Positions 35,847 to 45,406 are shown, counted from the stretch's first letter. The stretch: 58,224 bases of DNA from a virus (IMGVR_UViG_3300042924_004594:1-58224); one strand, 5' to 3'. Program-made: numbers and translations. Notes: generated by a model not told the origin, from the letters alone.

Positions 35847-38165
35847 CTAACTAATTTCCGTAACACGAGCTGTCCCAGTCGTACCAAATATGCCAGTAAC
35901 GGTACCAGTATACTTTTCAATCTCTAGGTAATCTCCAGAACCTATACGAACCGAGTAGTTTGCTGTGGTTGCAGTGCCGGCTCCGTACAAGAGATATAAG
36001 ATCCCGGCGCCTTCATTGAAGACTGTCAGCAGCTTTCTTGCGCTATTCGAAGCCATCAAAACTAGCGAGGAGGTGCTTGTAAAAGTGGTAACAGTAGCTT
36101 GACCAACACTACCTCTGTCGCTGACAGGAATAGAGGATGCCCTAAGCTGTGTGTCTGTTACTGGACCAGAAACAGCAACCGCAACGCCACTACTTACTCC
36201 TTGTATCGACACAACGTCTACTCCTGGTGTCCCGGCCGTGCCAGTTGCCGCGTAAGTTAAAAGACTACCAGAGGGGTCTAGGATTTGAGCCTGAGCTTTA
36301 AGCGAGGAAGCTGTTGCTTGAGCCGCGGTAAAACTCCCCGAGCCGGTCACGGCGTGGGACGGAACAGAAGCTAAAGAAACTGGAATAACAGTCCCACCAC
36401 TAATGCCCTGCACAGTCACCACGTCAGTGGCTGGCGTACCTGCGGTGCCCGTCATTGCGTAATCAACGACGGAACCAGCAGCATTTAATAGTTGAGCTTG
36501 AGCTTTTAACGAGGCGGCGGTGGCTTGGGTTGCGGTAATCGATCCATCAACAGTCAGCGAACCTCCGTTATCTGTTACGGGAGTAACGGGAGCGGATGCT
36601 AGAGAGACTGGCTGGGTCGCTTGCCAGAATGTCCCAGTAACTGGGTGCGAAGGCACTGAGGCCAGCGATACGGGTTGGGTAACTCCCGATCCATCCACAA
36701 GCAAGCGGGTTGAGCTTACTGTAAGGTTGGCGGGTAGTAAGGTTGTTAATCTTTGGAGAAGTCGCTTAAAGAGGCCATTTAACCCTACGTCTGAAGTATC
36801 AGTTGAGGCCGGAGAAGAATTTCTAGCTCCGATCCCTTCCTCGACGATTCCAGGGAACGGCCCTTTGTGCAAATACCAGTTATGAGTCCAAAGCCCCCCG
36901 CCACCAGTACCACTAGCACCAAGCCTAAAATACCTACCCACAATTGGGATAACAAATATCCCGCTACTTGTGCCTAGAATATCGCCCATTACTGTCCAAT
37001 GAGCCTCATTCCCCGTAGATGAGCTACCAGCATTCGAGATATGCCTAAATACCACGCCTCCCTGCGTCCAATTTACATTATCATAAGACCATTGTATCGG
37101 CCTATTATACCCACCTCCTCCGCCAGAAATGTGCTGAACAAGATAGTCATACCCGCCACAATCAATACCAGTACTGGCTCCACCAGTATTTGTAAAAGAT
37201 CCACTCGCAAAAGGCGGGTAGATAAGTGTAGTAATTCTCTGAAGAAGGCGTTTGAGTAGCCCGTTAATTCCAGAGGTTGAGGTGTCGGTGCTTGCGGCAG
37301 ACTCGCTTGCTGAACCCACTGATAACGTCACTCCTGCATCGACAAGAAGTGCGCCCGAGATCCCTGCACTCATTGAGGCAGAAGTTAAACCACCAGATTG
37401 CGACCGACCAACAAGCTGAACTTGACTGGCGATTGGATAGCCAACGACTTCTGGTGCATATACGACATGGAACGTGTCTGAGTTTTGCATCCCAGTCGTA
37501 TCCAAAGAGGCGGGGAAAGTTGCTGTAATTGAATAAAATTGGCCGTTATAGCTTGGCGACCCAAATGTGCATATTTTTTGGGGATCAACCGAGTTGTGGA
37601 CAATTACTCCTCTAGTTGTATTGGTGATAAGCAGAAAGTTGCCAATGACTGGAGCGTTTGGAAAGTTGGCGATTGTGATTGTCTTAGTGCTTGCCGTGAA
37701 GCTGGTTACAGGGTGGTTAACTCCTGTCGTCGTAATCGCTGGTACCCCATTTTTGACACTGACAGGAACTGCGGTTGCTCGTAGCTCGGTGTCTGTTAAA
37801 GGCCCAGTAACGGCGTGAGAAGGAACCGTTGCTAGCGAGACGGGCTGAGTCGCTGGCAAATTCGTTACCGATACATTCAACCCAGCATTGGTGACGTTTA
37901 CATTCTGAGTAGCCGGGAAAGTGACACTGATGTTCTCCAGGGCTGCCAGGCTGTTGGAATCTAGAGCAACGGTTCCGCTTACCGGAATCGGGTTGCCTGT
38001 GCTGTTGGTGACTTCAACCTCATTATTGACCGTAACCGGACCAGTAATGGTGGTAGAGCCAGTTTTAGCATCGATACTCTTTAAAAGATTATTAATCTTA
38101 TGAAGAGACCTCCCCGAAGGGTCGGCTAGTTTCGGCTCGTCGCCTTCCGGGTAGAAAGCGGGCAT
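35847..38165 (-). CDS. repeat-rich fibre-like protein (possible head fibre)
   Basis: Several internal repeats (QPVSLASVPSH, GxNGLxKRLLQRxTTL, AQATASSLKAQAQ, TDTxLRA). Confidence 0.6.
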   Translation of the reverse strand: MPAFYPEGDEPKLADPSGRSLHKINNLLKSIDAKTGSTTITGPVTVNNEVEVTNSTGNPIPVSGTVALDSNSLAALENISVTFPATQNVNVTNAGLNVSVTNLPATQPVSLATVPSHAVTGPLTDTELRATAVPVSVKNGVPAITTTGVNHPVTSFTASTKTITIANFPNAPVIGNFLLITNTTRGVIVHNSVDPQKICTFGSPSYNGQFYSITATFPASLDTTGMQNSDTFHVVYAPEVVGYPIASQVQLVGRSQSGGLTSASMSAGISGALLVDAGVTLSVGSASESAASTDTSTSGINGLLKRLLQRITTLIYPPFASGSFTNTGGASTGIDCGGYDYLVQHISGGGGGYNRPIQWSYDNVNWTQGGVVFRHISNAGSSSTGNEAHWTVMGDILGTSSGIFVIPIVGRYFRLGASGTGGGGLWTHNWYLHKGPFPGIVEEGIGARNSSPASTDTSDVGLNGLFKRLLQRLTTLLPANLTVSSTRLLVDGSGVTQPVSLASVPSHPVTGTFWQATQPVSLASAPVTPVTDNGGSLTVDGSITATQATAASLKAQAQLLNAAGSVVDYAMTGTAGTPATDVVTVQGISGGTVIPVSLASVPSHAVTGSGSFTAAQATASSLKAQAQILDPSGSLLTYAATGTAGTPGVDVVSIQGVSSGVAVAVSGPVTDTQLRASSIPVSDRGSVGQATVTTFTSTSSLVLMASNSARKLLTVFNEGAGILYLLYGAGTATTANYSVRIGSGDYLEIEKYTGTVTGIFGTTGTARVTEIS

Positions 38166-38172
38166 GAGTTAC

Positions 38173-39405
38173 TTACCTCAGACCTTTTTCGAGTGCATCC
38201 AAAAAGCTTACGTCGGAAGCGAGTTCAGGAGAACCAGTCTTGGCATCGCCACCGCCAGCTCCAGGAGTGGCGGCACGATACTCACCTAAAGCCTTCTTCA
38301 GGCCGGCAATCTCGCCCTGGCTCTTTTTAACGTAACCCTGGAACAACTGAACCATAAGAGGCATTGCTACCGCTTGGTAGGTCAAGGCTGCCCGGGTTTC
38401 GGTATCCAAGTCAGACTGCTCTACAAGCATGGCTTGTTCACGAAGTCCATCGACGCGGGCGTCCCACTCGGCGTTGCCAGTCTTTTTGAGAATCGGCACT
38501 TCCTGAGTAAAACGATTCCACATTTCGCTATAAGTAGTTGTGGTTTCTTCCTGAGCTTTCTTTTGAGCGAGCTCCTGCTGACGAGCCAACTCGACCTGCT
38601 GAGCGGCTTCACGCTTACTAATCTCATCCATTGCTTTTTCGGCGTTGGTTAGAATTAGATCTCGTTTGTTGTACAAAGAATTGAGTTCATCAACCCGACG
38701 ACGCACATCAACTGCATCGATTGGGTCGAGACCTGTAAGCATTTCTTTGACCGCGGCTCTGCGTTGCGCGGGGTCATTAATTGCTGCGGCCCGAACGACG
38801 GCGTCAGCATCCATCTCGTACATCTTGGCCATCTCTTGAATGGTGTTGGTGGCCTCACGAATAGGCGCATCAATCGCAACCTTGTACTGCTTGGTGGCCT
38901 GTACGCGGGCTACGGAAAGCTCACTCTCGTACTCATCGCGCTCGGCTTTGAGGGTCTCGAGTTCTTTGCGAAGAATATCAAGCTGAGGAGAAGTCTCCTC
39001 ACCTGAGTCCTCAACCTTGGTCGTCTCCTTGTTAATTTTAGCTTCAAGCGCGGCCAACTTGGCTTTGGTGTCACGGAGTTCGGTCGTAACTTTTGCAAAA
39101 GCTGTTTGAGCAGACTTGGTGGCCTCTTTTGGAAGTTCAGGAGTAGCTTCTTCCTTTGCAGCCTCGGGCTCTTTTCCAATCGCTTCGAGCACGTCATCCG
39201 GAATATCGAGCTTGTTCTCTAAAACCTTGGCAGGTGTTGCCTCAGCCTTCGCCTCTGTTTTTGCGGGCTCGGCTTTAACAGCCTCAGGAGCTGCGACAGT
39301 TTTAGGTTCGGGAGTTGTTGGAGCCTCTGCTTGAGGAGCCGCGGGAGTATCCAGCGCGACGTTTAATGCATCCAATAATCCAAGCTCAGGAGCGGGTGTG
39401 CTCAT
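38173..39405 (-). CDS. capsid scaffolding protein
   Basis: Glu/Ala/Pro-rich N-terminus and long coiled coil; lies between portal and capsid. Confidence 0.65.
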   Translation of the reverse strand: MSTPAPELGLLDALNVALDTPAAPQAEAPTTPEPKTVAAPEAVKAEPAKTEAKAEATPAKVLENKLDIPDDVLEAIGKEPEAAKEEATPELPKEATKSAQTAFAKVTTELRDTKAKLAALEAKINKETTKVEDSGEETSPQLDILRKELETLKAERDEYESELSVARVQATKQYKVAIDAPIREATNTIQEMAKMYEMDADAVVRAAAINDPAQRRAAVKEMLTGLDPIDAVDVRRRVDELNSLYNKRDLILTNAEKAMDEISKREAAQQVELARQQELAQKKAQEETTTTYSEMWNRFTQEVPILKKTGNAEWDARVDGLREQAMLVEQSDLDTETRAALTYQAVAMPLMVQLFQGYVKKSQGEIAGLKKALGEYRAATPGAGGGDAKTGSPELASDVSFLDALEKGLR

Positions 39406-39695
39406 TAGTTATTTTTTCCTTTGTTTTCAGTCCAGGGTTCCGGCAACACTGCCGGCTGCTCCGCCAAATTGGTCAAAGCCCCAAAGTTTCTGAGACAGTC
39501 ATAAAATCCTTCGCGCCGTGCGTTTTGAAGAGCGCCCCACAAGGCAATGTCCGCGCCCTGCGGAACCGGCATAGCTTTAGGCAACGCAAAATCCACAAGC
39601 ACTTCGAAAGCTTTTGATAATGCGGGGTGCTTGAGCAGTTCTCTTAATTCTAGTTGAAGGTCTTCCCTTTTACGCCATTCGTCGATAGTCATCAT
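39405..39695 (-). CDS. small hypothetical head-module protein
   Basis: 96 aa between portal and scaffold; stop/start overlap with the scaffold. Confidence 0.6.
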   Translation of the reverse strand: MMTIDEWRKREDLQLELRELLKHPALSKAFEVLVDFALPKAMPVPQGADIALWGALQNARREGFYDCLRNFGALTNLAEQPAVLPEPWTENKGKNN

Positions 39696-39741
39696 ATATA
39701 TCTTATTGACAGACTTGTGCCATTATGGCAAGCACAAAATA

Positions 39742-41952
39742 TTACGAGTTTCTGATCTTGCTGGCGATTTCAGCATCACGCAAAGCCATCTTCTGTTGGT
39801 GATCCGCCAGCTTGATTTGCTGATCAACCTTCGCTTCTTCAACTCGCATCTGCATGTTAATTTGGTGATCTTGAAGTTTCGCGGCCGTGTTGGGGTCGAT
39901 ACCGCCCTGCCCTCCACCCCGCCTGGCCATTGCTTCTTGTTGTTTGCGCATATTCTCTTGCTCGGCCCGCATATTGTTTTCCAAAGCCACAATAGCTTCA
40001 CGCATCAAGTTCAGCATTTCGTTGTACTGCCCAATCTCAATCTTGCGGGTCGGATCTCCGGCGATCTGCTGGAGGTGCTGTATTGAGTGCTGGTAGTTCA
40101 GAGAAAGATACGCCAAAGCCATGTCGGGCTTGGCGATGCCTTGAGCGGTAGCGTCGAGCATCCCGCGGGCGTCAGCCAAGTGAACACGAATATGAACCGA
40201 GTGGTTCTCGGTAGGCATAACAGAAATAGGACGTCCGTCTTGGAACTGGGCGTTTTCGAGCTCGGCAATCTTGGCGTCGGTCGGCAAACGTTCCTTGAGT
40301 TTCCCGGCGGGGAGATACCGATCAACCTGGTCGTAGCCGACACGAGCGGCAACACGATCACGGATAAGATTTTGCTGACCTACTTCGTCGAATCGAGGAA
40401 GGAGTTGGATAAATTCGTTGAAGGCCAAGATACGAGCGCCGCTAGATCCGTAACCAACGGCACGAACTGGGATGACATCGTGAACGTCGAGAACAGCTTT
40501 CCAAGGCACGCCACGCTGTTCGAGCCTAGAGCGGAACTTTGCATAACCTTCGTAGCCGGCGTCGCCAGGCTGCCAGGTATCTTTTTGTAAACGCTTGAAG
40601 CTTTCTTTAAGGAGCTTGCCCCAGGTCACATAAAACAAATTGATGCTGGCGGTGGTGAGAACAGATTCGTTCGCCAGCTGAGCCTGAACCTCGGTTGCTG
40701 TTCTTTCCTTGCTCCCCTGCACCTGCTGGTGAGATCGGTAGCTCCCCGTGTTCGCCTGGCGGGTCATGGAGAGTTCCTGAACAACCGGCATTACGCTGTT
40801 GTTGTAGTTGGGGAACTGAGTCGATACGACCTCAAGATTCGGAGGAAGGAATGAAATAGGTCCTGCAAATGCGAGAGACAGGCGACTCACGTCCTCTGCA
40901 GTTTTGGGCTGAAGAACCAAGCTGGTCGACATCATCGAGCCGTCGACCATCGCGCAACGGAGACGATTGCTTACCTGGATGTGAGGGAAGATTTTGTAAC
41001 CCAAGCCACGGATTGAATGGTAGGTGCCGTTCCCAACGCCAAAGGTAAATATGTTGAAAGCTTCTGAGGCTTTCTTGAATCGACTCTCCTTCTTATACAA
41101 GAAGTCAGTATTAGATCCGTCACGCAGTCCAATGTAGTGACTGACTGTGCCGTCGTATTCACGTACGTAATAGTGATTCACCCGAATCTCCCCAGCGCGA
41201 GCGTAGGAGTGGTATAGATCGTTGTTTTTAAACTCCCGCTCTAGTTCTTCCCAGCTCTGGTCGCCGGGGCGGTTATTTTTGTGAAGTGCAGCTAGAGCCT
41301 TGCGAACTTCCTCCACATTCCAGCCAGCTTCCTTGGCAGCCTTGGGATTCTTGATGAAATTGTAAAGCTCGTGAGACAGATAAACCCTGCGAGCTACGGC
41401 AAACTCAATTCGATCTTCTGTGGCCTGCGTGCCCCGTGGAATAAGAAAATCGCCAATCCCGCAAACACGCCAGCGCCAATCTTTATCGTTCTCGAAGAAA
41501 GTAACTCCGAGACCTTGTGAAATAAAGTGATGCGCCAGCAGTTGGAAATTAAAATGAAATTGATCCCACTCAACCAAAGTCTTGTGGAACTCCTCAGAGA
41601 TTGCTCCTGCCCAGTTCTGTCTTTCGCTCTCGTCGCCGAACGTAGTCTTAACTTCGACTAGCTTCTCTACGCCGTTAACCAAATCGGTGTAAGCGGCAAG
41701 TGCGTTCTCAAGATCGGCCGCAGCCTCACCAAAGTTTAAATTGGCGCGATACGCCTGACCCATACTGCGAAGCGTGTTCGGGTTGTAGGGTGGATCTCCA
41801 TCGAACATCGCTTGGACCTTACTGCGGTCCTGGTCAGCGTGCGCATCCGACTCTCTCAGCGTAGTATAAATACTGTGAGCCGACTTGGCGTCTTTAAGAC
41901 GTGCCTTTGGCGGGGCTCCTGTTTCGCTGATATTCTCGAGTAAGATGTCCAC
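39742..41952 (-). CDS. portal protein
   Basis: 736 aa directly after TerL; ERTATEV motif and Gln-rich coiled C-terminus typical of podovirus portals. Confidence 0.8.
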   Translation of the reverse strand: MDILLENISETGAPPKARLKDAKSAHSIYTTLRESDAHADQDRSKVQAMFDGDPPYNPNTLRSMGQAYRANLNFGEAAADLENALAAYTDLVNGVEKLVEVKTTFGDESERQNWAGAISEEFHKTLVEWDQFHFNFQLLAHHFISQGLGVTFFENDKDWRWRVCGIGDFLIPRGTQATEDRIEFAVARRVYLSHELYNFIKNPKAAKEAGWNVEEVRKALAALHKNNRPGDQSWEELEREFKNNDLYHSYARAGEIRVNHYYVREYDGTVSHYIGLRDGSNTDFLYKKESRFKKASEAFNIFTFGVGNGTYHSIRGLGYKIFPHIQVSNRLRCAMVDGSMMSTSLVLQPKTAEDVSRLSLAFAGPISFLPPNLEVVSTQFPNYNNSVMPVVQELSMTRQANTGSYRSHQQVQGSKERTATEVQAQLANESVLTTASINLFYVTWGKLLKESFKRLQKDTWQPGDAGYEGYAKFRSRLEQRGVPWKAVLDVHDVIPVRAVGYGSSGARILAFNEFIQLLPRFDEVGQQNLIRDRVAARVGYDQVDRYLPAGKLKERLPTDAKIAELENAQFQDGRPISVMPTENHSVHIRVHLADARGMLDATAQGIAKPDMALAYLSLNYQHSIQHLQQIAGDPTRKIEIGQYNEMLNLMREAIVALENNMRAEQENMRKQQEAMARRGGGQGGIDPNTAAKLQDHQINMQMRVEEAKVDQQIKLADHQQKMALRDAEIASKIRNS

Positions 41953-41962
41953 GTGAACGACT

Positions 41963-41992
41963 ATTCTGTCTACTGTCAGTTAAAAGTCAATA
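41963..41992 (-). promoter_or_regulatory. sigma70-like promoter of portal, copy of the phage motif
   Basis: TTGACT-16-CAGAAT; TATTGAC-TTTTAAC-TGACAGTA. Confidence 0.6.
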
Positions 41993-43702
41993 ATTTAACA
42001 CAGGGTCTTTGTTGGTGTCGATCACACGATCCAGCCGGCGAGCCTGCTCTTGCCAGCCCCCACTCTTCCTCGCCATCACCGTTCCGCCAGCCATTGCTCC
42101 GACTCGTACCCTAATACACTCCAACCCAACAAAAGCTGCGTCTGCCAAATCGGGACTCTTCCCCACCCGCGACTTGTAATCTCGCTTGGACTCTACGACC
42201 AGCTTACCCCCCGCCATCGTCGTGTATTTCCTACTGGTTAGTTCCCTGGCCAGCTCAGGAATCACACCCTTCAACTGGCCTGACCGCATAAACTCAACGC
42301 CACCGAACCAAAGCTCGGTAACCTTGTTCCCGTATTTGTCCTTGGCCTCCACCATGGAGCTTGAGCTGATCGGCAGAGTGCTGGGCTTTTCTCCGAACTT
42401 CACCCGCAAGATTCGTGGAGACCACGTCTCGGAGATAATATCGCAAAGCGGATCTCCCGCACCGGTGGCGTCGACCGCCAGATATTCCGGGGGCACTCCT
42501 TGCTTTTGGCATTCGGCCATAACTTGCCGAGCCACCTGAAAGTTTCTGGGCTGCGGGTCGTTTACGTTTTCTCTGATGATAGTGAAATCTTTAAAGTTCA
42601 CAGTAGGTCCAGCTTCTTCAGTCCGTCCGTACTCCAAGAAATACAGCACCGTTCTGTCTCCGCCGTTGGTAAACGAAGGATCGAGTCCAGCGACTACCTT
42701 GGGTGGCTCAATCCACTTAGGAGCTTTATCGACCTCGAACTTGCGGAAGTCTGCTTCCGAGTAAATAGACTCCTCGGCTCCACCAGGAGCTGGGAAGGAA
42801 CGGATGAATCGCCAAAAGGAAATACTGTGCTCGCCGTCGTGGTCTTCGGCGTGCCGTAGTTGTTTTGTTGTGAGCAAGAACGGCCAAGCGTCGTCATGAT
42901 CAAGATTAGGTGTCTTGGCCCCGTCCAGGTGAAGGCACAAACCCAGCTTAGTCTTCCACTCCTCCTGATCTACCGTGACCGAGTTCCATCCGCCGACAGG
43001 AGTGGCGAACATACCGAAGGGGTCGTACTGACTGGAAAAGTTACCCAGGGCGATGCACTGGAACGTAGGGTTAGCGTTTAGATTGGAGATAGCTTCAAAG
43101 ACCGAGTTGGTCACGTCGGTGGCCTCGTCGATGATAAGGAACACCCGCTGGTTCTTAAGACCGATAAGTTTGGCCGTGGCCTCCTTCTCTTTGTCAGGGC
43201 TGGACGGCACCAGGGTTATGGAAGATCGATCGCTGGACTCCCCTTCCGTCAAAATAATCTTACCCATGGAGTCTATCAATTTCCCAGGAAAGCCTGGAAC
43301 CTGCAAAAATCGCTCACGGATGCCTCCCCAAAGGCGTTTACGAGCTTCCCGGATAGATGTGCTGGTAACTAGGACAAGGGTCTCGTGGGGAGCACATAGC
43401 CAGTTCACCAACCCCCACATGGCAAAGGTCGCCGTCTTCCCGCTGGACTTGGGGCCGGAGATAGCAAGGTAGTCCTGCTCGCAAGCGGCCTGGATCATCC
43501 GCTCCGCCCAAGGGTGCCAGCAGAACCCGGCTTTGTTCCTAGTTTTGTGGTAAGGCCACAGAATCTCCACAACGTTTTTGAAATGCTGAAACTTGCCCAA
43601 ACCTCCCGTTTCGGGGGTCAGCCCAAGCTTGAAAGCCATAAGCTCAATTTCGAGTTTTCCGGCCCCATCTGGCCATACCTTTCCATACAAAGTCGTTGGC
43701 AT
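41987..43702 (-). CDS. terL: terminase large subunit
   Basis: Walker A GPKSSGKT, Walker B FLIIDEA, coupling motif LGN, nuclease motifs AGLDPS, VDATG and SPDLADA. Confidence 0.9.
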   Translation of the reverse strand: MPTTLYGKVWPDGAGKLEIELMAFKLGLTPETGGLGKFQHFKNVVEILWPYHKTRNKAGFCWHPWAERMIQAACEQDYLAISGPKSSGKTATFAMWGLVNWLCAPHETLVLVTSTSIREARKRLWGGIRERFLQVPGFPGKLIDSMGKIILTEGESSDRSSITLVPSSPDKEKEATAKLIGLKNQRVFLIIDEATDVTNSVFEAISNLNANPTFQCIALGNFSSQYDPFGMFATPVGGWNSVTVDQEEWKTKLGLCLHLDGAKTPNLDHDDAWPFLLTTKQLRHAEDHDGEHSISFWRFIRSFPAPGGAEESIYSEADFRKFEVDKAPKWIEPPKVVAGLDPSFTNGGDRTVLYFLEYGRTEEAGPTVNFKDFTIIRENVNDPQPRNFQVARQVMAECQKQGVPPEYLAVDATGAGDPLCDIISETWSPRILRVKFGEKPSTLPISSSSMVEAKDKYGNKVTELWFGGVEFMRSGQLKGVIPELARELTSRKYTTMAGGKLVVESKRDYKSRVGKSPDLADAAFVGLECIRVRVGAMAGGTVMARKSGGWQEQARRLDRVIDTNKDPVLNY

Positions 43703-43723
43703 CAGACATTAATTGTCAGTAAT
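43703..43723. repeat. 21-bp direct repeat, copy 1 (CAGACATTAATTGTCAGTAAT)
   Basis: Exact match to 43956..43976. Confidence 0.9.
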
Positions 43724-43791
43724 CGAGAATTTGTCAATACAAATTTTTAAGGGGTCATTCACTCAAGCTACTGTATTTCAACTACTTAAAT

Positions 43792-43839
43792 TGGAGCCGG
43801 CTGTCGGATTTGAACCGACGACCAGCGGTTTACAAAACC
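43792..43839 (-). mobile_element. attP core: 3' half of tRNA-Thr(UGU)
   Basis: Minus strand GGTTTTGTAAACC-GCTGGTC-GTCGGTTCAAATCCGAC-AGCCGGCT-CCA gives anticodon loop (TGT), T-arm and acceptor 3' strand; no D-arm or 5' acceptor strand upstream; ~150 bp from the integrase. Confidence 0.85.
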
Positions 43840-43955
43840 ATTGACTGTCAGTAACTTGTACACGATTTGTCTAGGCTTTTGTTGAGTAAAAACGACTTAC
43901 AGTTGACACTAATGACGAGCGAGCGGTCATAAAATGTACAACTTTTCCTTGACGA

Positions 43956-43976
43956 CAGACATTAATTGTCAGTAAT
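43956..43976. repeat. 21-bp direct repeat, copy 2
   Basis: Exact match to 43703..43723; overlaps the probable integrase promoter (TTGACG at 43949). Confidence 0.9.
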
Positions 43977-43989
43977 GTTTCGATTCAGC

Positions 43990-45252
43990 ATGAAAAAAGA
44001 ATTTAAGCCGATCGAGATCCAAGATGGATTCGCCAATGTTAAAATATATCAGTGCGTCAACAATAAGAATTATTTGACGTACATGGTTACGTGGTGGGCC
44101 GAGGGGAAAAGACAACGTCGAGCAATTGCAGAACTTACCGAAGCAAAGCGCGAGGCTCGTAGAATTGCCAGAGACTTGGCTGACGGAAGAGCTTCGATGG
44201 TGGCCGTATCAAATAAAGAGCTGATTTATTTTAGGGACCTAGAAAAAAAGATGGGTGGTACTCCCCTGAGTGAGGCAGTCAACCTGTGGTTGAGAACCAG
44301 TGATAACAAACTACCAAAGATCACGGTTAGTGAAATTTTGAAGGAAATGCTCAACATCAAGCTGAACGATACCTTTATTGAAAAGCGGCAGAAACAAACT
44401 CTCCAGGTTCGTTGGGGTAAGTTTGAGAGGGTTTTTGGTGGCCGAGTTATCTCAACAATCAAGGCCAAGGAATTGGATTCATTCTTGGCCAACCCGGAAT
44501 GGCAGCCAAGAACTCGACAGCACTACCGCGGAGCCATCAGCATGATTTTTGACTACGCCAAGAGGAAGGACTACTTGGAACCAGATAAGGATCACCAAGC
44601 TGAAAAGACTGAAAGTATCCGGGTTAATGACGCTAAATTGGAAAGTTGGTCCGTCGAGGACATGCGTCTAATTTTAAAACACGCCCCAAAAAGGATTATA
44701 CCATGGGTTGTTTTGGGTGCTTTTGCGGGGGTGAGATCGTCCGAAATAGAGAGAATGAACTGGGAAGACCTCGACTGGTCTAGCAATTTGATTTTAATTA
44801 AAGGAAAGCTTGTAGGTGGTTCTAAATCAAGAGCTAACAACGATAGAACTATTGCAATGACCGACAACCTAAAAGCTTGGCTTAGCCCTTTTAGGCTATA
44901 TAAAGGAAATATACTCAAAAGCCTTGGATCGGGTGAAATTAATAAAGACCTGTATGCTTGGCTTGAAGATTTAATTCACAAAATCCAAAAGGAAAAACCG
45001 CTTTTTACTTGGAAACAAAACGCAAATCGTCACAGCTTTGCTACCTACTACTTAGCTATGACAGGAGATGCTTCAACAACTGCACTGGCGATGGGCAATA
45101 GCCCGACAATGGTGCTACGTAGGTACAAGACCATCCAGGTGGATGGAAAAACAGTGACCCGGACTATGGCGGAGAGGTACTTCGCAATTCTTCCGGGTCA
45201 AGGAGGGACAAATGAAAGAACAGCAGGAGAGGAGTCACGAAAGATCGAGTAA
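43990..45252 (+). CDS. int: tyrosine integrase
   Basis: AGVRSSEI (catalytic R), NANRHSFATY, MGNS and RRY (catalytic Y); N-terminal arm-binding-like region; adjacent to attP. Confidence 0.9.
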   Translation: MKKEFKPIEIQDGFANVKIYQCVNNKNYLTYMVTWWAEGKRQRRAIAELTEAKREARRIARDLADGRASMVAVSNKELIYFRDLEKKMGGTPLSEAVNLWLRTSDNKLPKITVSEILKEMLNIKLNDTFIEKRQKQTLQVRWGKFERVFGGRVISTIKAKELDSFLANPEWQPRTRQHYRGAISMIFDYAKRKDYLEPDKDHQAEKTESIRVNDAKLESWSVEDMRLILKHAPKRIIPWVVLGAFAGVRSSEIERMNWEDLDWSSNLILIKGKLVGGSKSRANNDRTIAMTDNLKAWLSPFRLYKGNILKSLGSGEINKDLYAWLEDLIHKIQKEKPLFTWKQNANRHSFATYYLAMTGDASTTALAMGNSPTMVLRRYKTIQVDGKTVTRTMAERYFAILPGQGGTNERTAGEESRKIE

Positions 45253-45406
45253 CCAAACAGTAAAAACAATAAGCTTACCTAAGCACATGGCAAAATTCCT
45301 CGAAGAGGAAAGCCGGCGAATAGGGGTAAACAACGTTTCAGGATTGGTCAGAATGGTTTTGGCACAGTACATCGATGCGCAGGGTAGAAAAACGCTTAAA
45401 AGGTGA
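45212..45406 (+). CDS. ribbon-helix-helix (CopG/Arc-like) regulator
   Basis: KTISLPKHMAKFLEEESRRIG..NVSGLVRMVLAQY strand-helix-helix pattern. Confidence 0.7.
   Translation: MKEQQERSHERSSNQTVKTISLPKHMAKFLEEESRRIGVNNVSGLVRMVLAQYIDAQGRKTLKR

Noticed and set aside
15653-38165. Diversity-generating retroelement or invertible fibre cassette
   Set aside because: No reverse transcriptase or invertase; internal repeats are in-frame protein duplications, and no adenine-specific TR/VR pair was noticed
43792-43870. Complete tRNA-Thr gene
   Set aside because: Only the anticodon loop, T-arm and 3' acceptor strand are present; upstream sequence has no GCCGGCT 5' strand or D-arm, so it is treated as an att core
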